Assembly: GCA_016926735.1 (NCBI GenBank)
Contig: JAFGOA010000066.1
Location: forward strand, 1 to 64,000
DNA from: Promethearchaeota archaeon
GTDB taxonomy: Archaea > Asgardarchaeota > Lokiarchaeia > Sigyniarchaeales > SOKP01
DNA length: 64,000 nucleotides
Direction of reading: 5' to 3'
Each line of letters begins with the position of its first letter. The stretch's first letter is position 1. The notes under the pieces are model-generated. The model was not told the origin of the DNA. It saw nothing but the letters and a program-made list of their open reading frames with translations, and searched no databases. Below are positions 60,063-64,000 of the stretch, piece by piece. Both the position numbers and the translations under genes were made by a program.

Positions 60063-62582
60063 ATGAATAAAAAAAAATTTTTCAAAAAATCAAAATCTAT
60101 AAAATCCTTTATGGGACTTTCTATTATATTGGTTTTATTTAGTATCAATAATTTTTATATTAAACAAACTAATGAAAACAAAGATATAATAATCGATGAT
60201 ACTACAAATCTAAAAAATTCGGGATATTGGAATCTTCCCTATATACATATAAATAATGATAACTGGTCAAATGCCGTATCCCAAGGTTGGTGTAGTGGTG
60301 ATGGTTCAGTGGATACCCCATATACTATTGAAAATGTTACTATAAATGTAATTAGTTCACCTACTGGAAATGGAATTTTTATAAATAATTCTACAAATTA
60401 TTTTATTATTAAAAATTGTACTGTATCTAATTCTTATAGTGGGAATTGGAATGCAGGAATACAATTAAATAACACTTGCAATGGTCAATTGATAAATAAT
60501 GATTTTTCATTAAACACGGGTCATGGTATAATCTTAAGAAACAAATGTAATGATATTGTCATTTCTAATAATTCCATAATTAATAATGATCGGCATGGTA
60601 TACTTCTTGATAATGAATGTAATAATAACATAATTTTTAATAATACAATAGATGATGATGATAAGCTTAATCGCGGTATATTATTAAGATATGATTGTAG
60701 TGATAACATCATCTCAGAAAATGATGTTAGTACACATGAAATTGGAATTTTCTTAACCGTTAATTGTATGAATAATATTATTACAGATAATGATGTCACT
60801 AATAATTATAAGGGAATGGTTATATCTGATCATTGTTCTAATAATTCTATTTTAGAAAATAATGTAAATGACAATGATGTTTATGGAATACAAATGGATA
60901 CTTATTCTTACAACAACACAATTTCAAAAAATAATGTAAATAACCATGATTGGTATGGAATATATATATATGAGTATAGTTATAATAACACCATCTCAGA
61001 AAATTATGTGTCTTATGGTTGGCACGACGGAATATTTTTAGAACATTGTTATAATAGTACTATTTCAAAAAATAATGTTACTAATAATCCTGGTTTTGGT
61101 ATTGAGCTAACTCATGCTGAAGACAATAAAATTTTAGAAAATTATATTCGTAATACCGGAGATGATGGGTTATATCTACACCATAATGCAAATAATAATA
61201 CCATTTCAGATAATACGCTAATTGGCAATGATGGAGGGGGGATATATGTCTATTGGAACTCTGATAATAATACGATTTCAGATAATACTCTAATTGGTAA
61301 TAGTGGAGAAGCAATATATGTCTATACAAACTGTAATGAAAATAGAATCTTGGATAATCATGTAAGTTATAGTGCTTTTGGAATATATCTACTTGACTAC
61401 TGTCATAATAGCACTATTTCAAGAAATACTGTTTCTCATAGTGGATCCACAGGATTCGGAATAAGATTAACCAGATGTTATAATAGCACTATTTCAAAAA
61501 ATAATGTAAGTTATAACCCAAACAATGGTATCTCATTAAATGGTGGTCAAGATGATAAAATCTCAGGAAATCTTATAACAAATAACGGAAATCGTGGAAT
61601 ACAATTATATGGGACTTCTCAAAATAATGATGTCTTTGCCAATTTTATATATGGAAATGGTTATGGAATATATGCAAATCCAACTACTTCTAATAATACC
61701 ATTTATTACAATTATATTTCTGGTAGTATTATTATTAATGCATTTAACGAGGGTATAAATAACTGGAATAATTCTGTGGTTGGAAATTATTGGGATGATT
61801 ATTATGGAATAGATAGTAATAGTGATGGAATTGGTGAAACTCCTTATAATATAACAGGTACAGAGAGTAATAAAGATTATAAACCATTAGTAAATTTCTT
61901 TTTTAGTGAAATACCAAGTGATATCACATATGAAATAGGAACAACAGGTCATACTATTGGATGGACTGTTATTAATATAACAAATATTACTCAAACTTAT
62001 GATTTTAATATTTCAAGAAATGATAATTTATTTGATAGTTTCACTGGTGACCTTGGATTTTATGTTTCATACTCTATTGATGATCTACTTGAAGGAATCC
62101 ATATTTATATAGTAACTAGCAATATACTCGATGAGATAAATCCTATAACAACAACAACTATAACGGTTACTAATATGATACCTGAATTTACATCAGTACC
62201 TAATGATATTTTATATAAAGTAGGAGATACAGGAAATAATATTTCGTGGATTTTTACAGATATCAGTATAAATAATCCTACATATACTATTTCCAGAAAT
62301 GGTTCTCAAATAGTATCGGATACACCATGTTATCCTGGAGTTTCTGTTGAAATTTCTGTTGATGGTCTTAGTGCGGGTGTATATGAATATATTATAGAAA
62401 TTAATGATGGATATGGGAAGTCTAATACAGATATGGTTTTAATTATAGTCACAAGTTCAGCAAAGGGAGATATTGCAGGATATAATTTATGGATTATTGT
62501 TGGTCTGAGTTCTCTGATTTTATTATTCATTATAAAAAAAACCAAATTTCAAAAAAGAACAGTAAAATCTAAAGGATTTTAA
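60063..62582 (+). CDS. Cell-surface right-handed beta-helix (NosD/CASH) protein with C-terminal TM anchor
   Basis: GDGSVDTPYTIEN, many N(N)xIxxN..GI repeats, GNYWDDY..DGIGETPY, IAGYN-TM-basic tail. Confidence 0.88.
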   Translation: MNKKKFFKKSKSIKSFMGLSIILVLFSINNFYIKQTNENKDIIIDDTTNLKNSGYWNLPYIHINNDNWSNAVSQGWCSGDGSVDTPYTIENVTINVISSPTGNGIFINNSTNYFIIKNCTVSNSYSGNWNAGIQLNNTCNGQLINNDFSLNTGHGIILRNKCNDIVISNNSIINNDRHGILLDNECNNNIIFNNTIDDDDKLNRGILLRYDCSDNIISENDVSTHEIGIFLTVNCMNNIITDNDVTNNYKGMVISDHCSNNSILENNVNDNDVYGIQMDTYSYNNTISKNNVNNHDWYGIYIYEYSYNNTISENYVSYGWHDGIFLEHCYNSTISKNNVTNNPGFGIELTHAEDNKILENYIRNTGDDGLYLHHNANNNTISDNTLIGNDGGGIYVYWNSDNNTISDNTLIGNSGEAIYVYTNCNENRILDNHVSYSAFGIYLLDYCHNSTISRNTVSHSGSTGFGIRLTRCYNSTISKNNVSYNPNNGISLNGGQDDKISGNLITNNGNRGIQLYGTSQNNDVFANFIYGNGYGIYANPTTSNNTIYYNYISGSIIINAFNEGINNWNNSVVGNYWDDYYGIDSNSDGIGETPYNITGTESNKDYKPLVNFFFSEIPSDITYEIGTTGHTIGWTVINITNITQTYDFNISRNDNLFDSFTGDLGFYVSYSIDDLLEGIHIYIVTSNILDEINPITTTTITVTNMIPEFTSVPNDILYKVGDTGNNISWIFTDISINNPTYTISRNGSQIVSDTPCYPGVSVEISVDGLSAGVYEYIIEINDGYGKSNTDMVLIIVTSSAKGDIAGYNLWIIVGLSSLILLFIIKKTKFQKRTVKSKGF

Positions 62583-62757
62583 AAAATAATAATTATCTTT
62601 TTTTTTTAATAGAAGATATAACTGACTCTGATTTTTTTAATAAAATTTATTATCTATTTAATATAGTTATTAAAAATTAAAACCCACATTCTTTTTTAAT
62701 AATTATATTCAATATTTTATTTATAACATCACAAAATTAACATAAAGAGATTATATA

Positions 62758-64000
62758 GTGGTTAGACCCCCTCAAACAGGTAAAAATGTATGTCTTCGTT
62801 GTAAAGGAGCCAGATTGTTATGTGGAAAAAAATCATGTCCAATTTTAGTTAAAAATTCCATATTAAAATCTATTTTACCTTTTAAAACAGGAGAATCACT
62901 AAGAAACGTTGAAATCTTTGGAGCAAGCCCTCCAGGTTTTTTTGTAGGGCATCATAGTTATCCAAAGGTAAATATAGGACCATTAGTTCCTTTTAATGAA
63001 TTTGAAACATTTAAGGATATATCAGATTATCATATCCTCGATGCTCCAGAATTATGGTTTGGAACATCAATGGAAAAAATAATCAGATATCGAAGTAGTT
63101 TAGTTAGGAACAATTTTAAAGTAGATGTTCATATCGGAAAATTAAATAAAAAAAAAACACTTCCAATTAAAACTAAAAGACTCTTAGAAACATCACAAGA
63201 CCTTTCAATGGCAGCTCGTCCTGTAGATACTGAGACTAAACTAGAAAAAATCAGTTTAAGAATGATTATGGACAATCATGCTCAACCAATTGGACCTTCT
63301 GGTAAGACTGAAAAAATTGAGATTACAGAGAATATAAAAATACACCCCAAAGTAGAGTATTGTGTTTCAGATACTGATTTGAAGGCAGGAGAAGCCGTAT
63401 CAGATTATTTATTTTTCAAAGGAAATGTTCCATTATCAACTATTGAGAGAATTTTCGCAGCGGGATTATTGGGCGAAGAAAAAAATAGAAGATTAGTTCC
63501 TACAAGATGGTCAATAACAGCAATAGATGATATTATTTCAAAATTTTTGATAAAAGAGATAAAAAGATTTCCTGAGATTAATGAATTTCAAATTTTTGAG
63601 GCAAAATATCTTGATAATCATTTCAAAATCTTACTTTTTCCAGGAAAATTTCTTTATGAAATGAATGAGGTATGGGCTCCTAATTCAATTTGGAATTTAT
63701 CTTTGGATAAAAATAATTCAAATATACGACCAGAAATAATGACTGATTATGAGTTTTATCAAGGAAGAAAGAATTATGCAAGTAATATTACAGGGGCTTA
63801 TTATGCTGCAAGAAAATCTGTTCTTGAATATCTTTTCAAAATAAAACGACAAGCTCGAGTTCTTATCTTTCGGGAAGTTGGATCAGAATATATCACACCA
63901 TTAGGTGTCTGGGTTATAAGAGAAACCGTAAAAAATGCTATGGATTTAGGAAATCCAATAATAGTAGATTCATTTGATAATGCTCTAAAGATAATGACTC
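62758..64000 (+). CDS. nreA: Nre-family DNA repair protein (3' end outside window)
   Basis: GTG 62758; CLRCKGARLLCGKKSCP, GASPP.FFVG..YP, RRLVPTRWSITAID, GAYYAAR, PLGVWVIRE. Confidence 0.9.
   Translation, partial: MVRPPQTGKNVCLRCKGARLLCGKKSCPILVKNSILKSILPFKTGESLRNVEIFGASPPGFFVGHHSYPKVNIGPLVPFNEFETFKDISDYHILDAPELWFGTSMEKIIRYRSSLVRNNFKVDVHIGKLNKKKTLPIKTKRLLETSQDLSMAARPVDTETKLEKISLRMIMDNHAQPIGPSGKTEKIEITENIKIHPKVEYCVSDTDLKAGEAVSDYLFFKGNVPLSTIERIFAAGLLGEEKNRRLVPTRWSITAIDDIISKFLIKEIKRFPEINEFQIFEAKYLDNHFKILLFPGKFLYEMNEVWAPNSIWNLSLDKNNSNIRPEIMTDYEFYQGRKNYASNITGAYYAARKSVLEYLFKIKRQARVLIFREVGSEYITPLGVWVIRETVKNAMDLGNPIIVDSFDNALKIMT

Noticed and set aside
2336-62545. Many short antisense or overlapping ORFs in the track (e.g. 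2336-2761, 4965-5279, 34300-34650, 46989-47291, 52648-53010)
   Set aside because: They are shadows of well-supported genes, with no motifs or RBS.

Overview
Very AT-rich archaeal chromosomal window, almost certainly Asgard (Lokiarchaeia/Promethearchaeota). The evidence is roadblock-Rab and Rag-like GTPases, a gelsolin-like protein, multi-TM+longin-like proteins, GGTGA ribosome-binding sites, poly-T terminators and an intron-containing tRNA-Leu. Contents: cohesin/dockerin-bearing proteins and two GH5 glycosidases; an archaeal (Aeropyrum-type) mevalonate cluster with an IPK-IDI2 fusion; an SNF2/SWIM pair; hisB, cimA and a DNA methyltransferase; a wtpABC tungstate transporter divergent from a moa/moe cluster; MoxR-vWA; a beta-helix surface protein; and nreA. 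Three signals are not shown by the ORF track. (1) A 31-nt insert splits the conserved GE|H motif of mevalonate kinase and folds with bulge-helix-bulge geometry, making it a candidate endonuclease-spliced mRNA intron. (2) An uncharacterised gene has an in-frame UGA near its N-terminus and a eukaryote-like AUGA...AAA...GA SECIS hairpin just after its stop, making it a candidate new selenoprotein. (3) A free-standing LAGLIDADG endonuclease sits at SNF2 motif VI and appears to have brought a replacement 3' end, leaving the original C-terminus orphaned downstream. Several conserved genes also appear to need ATA/ATC/CTG starts, and two ModE-like boxes lie in the W/Mo divergon. All calls come from manual reading; no database searches were run.
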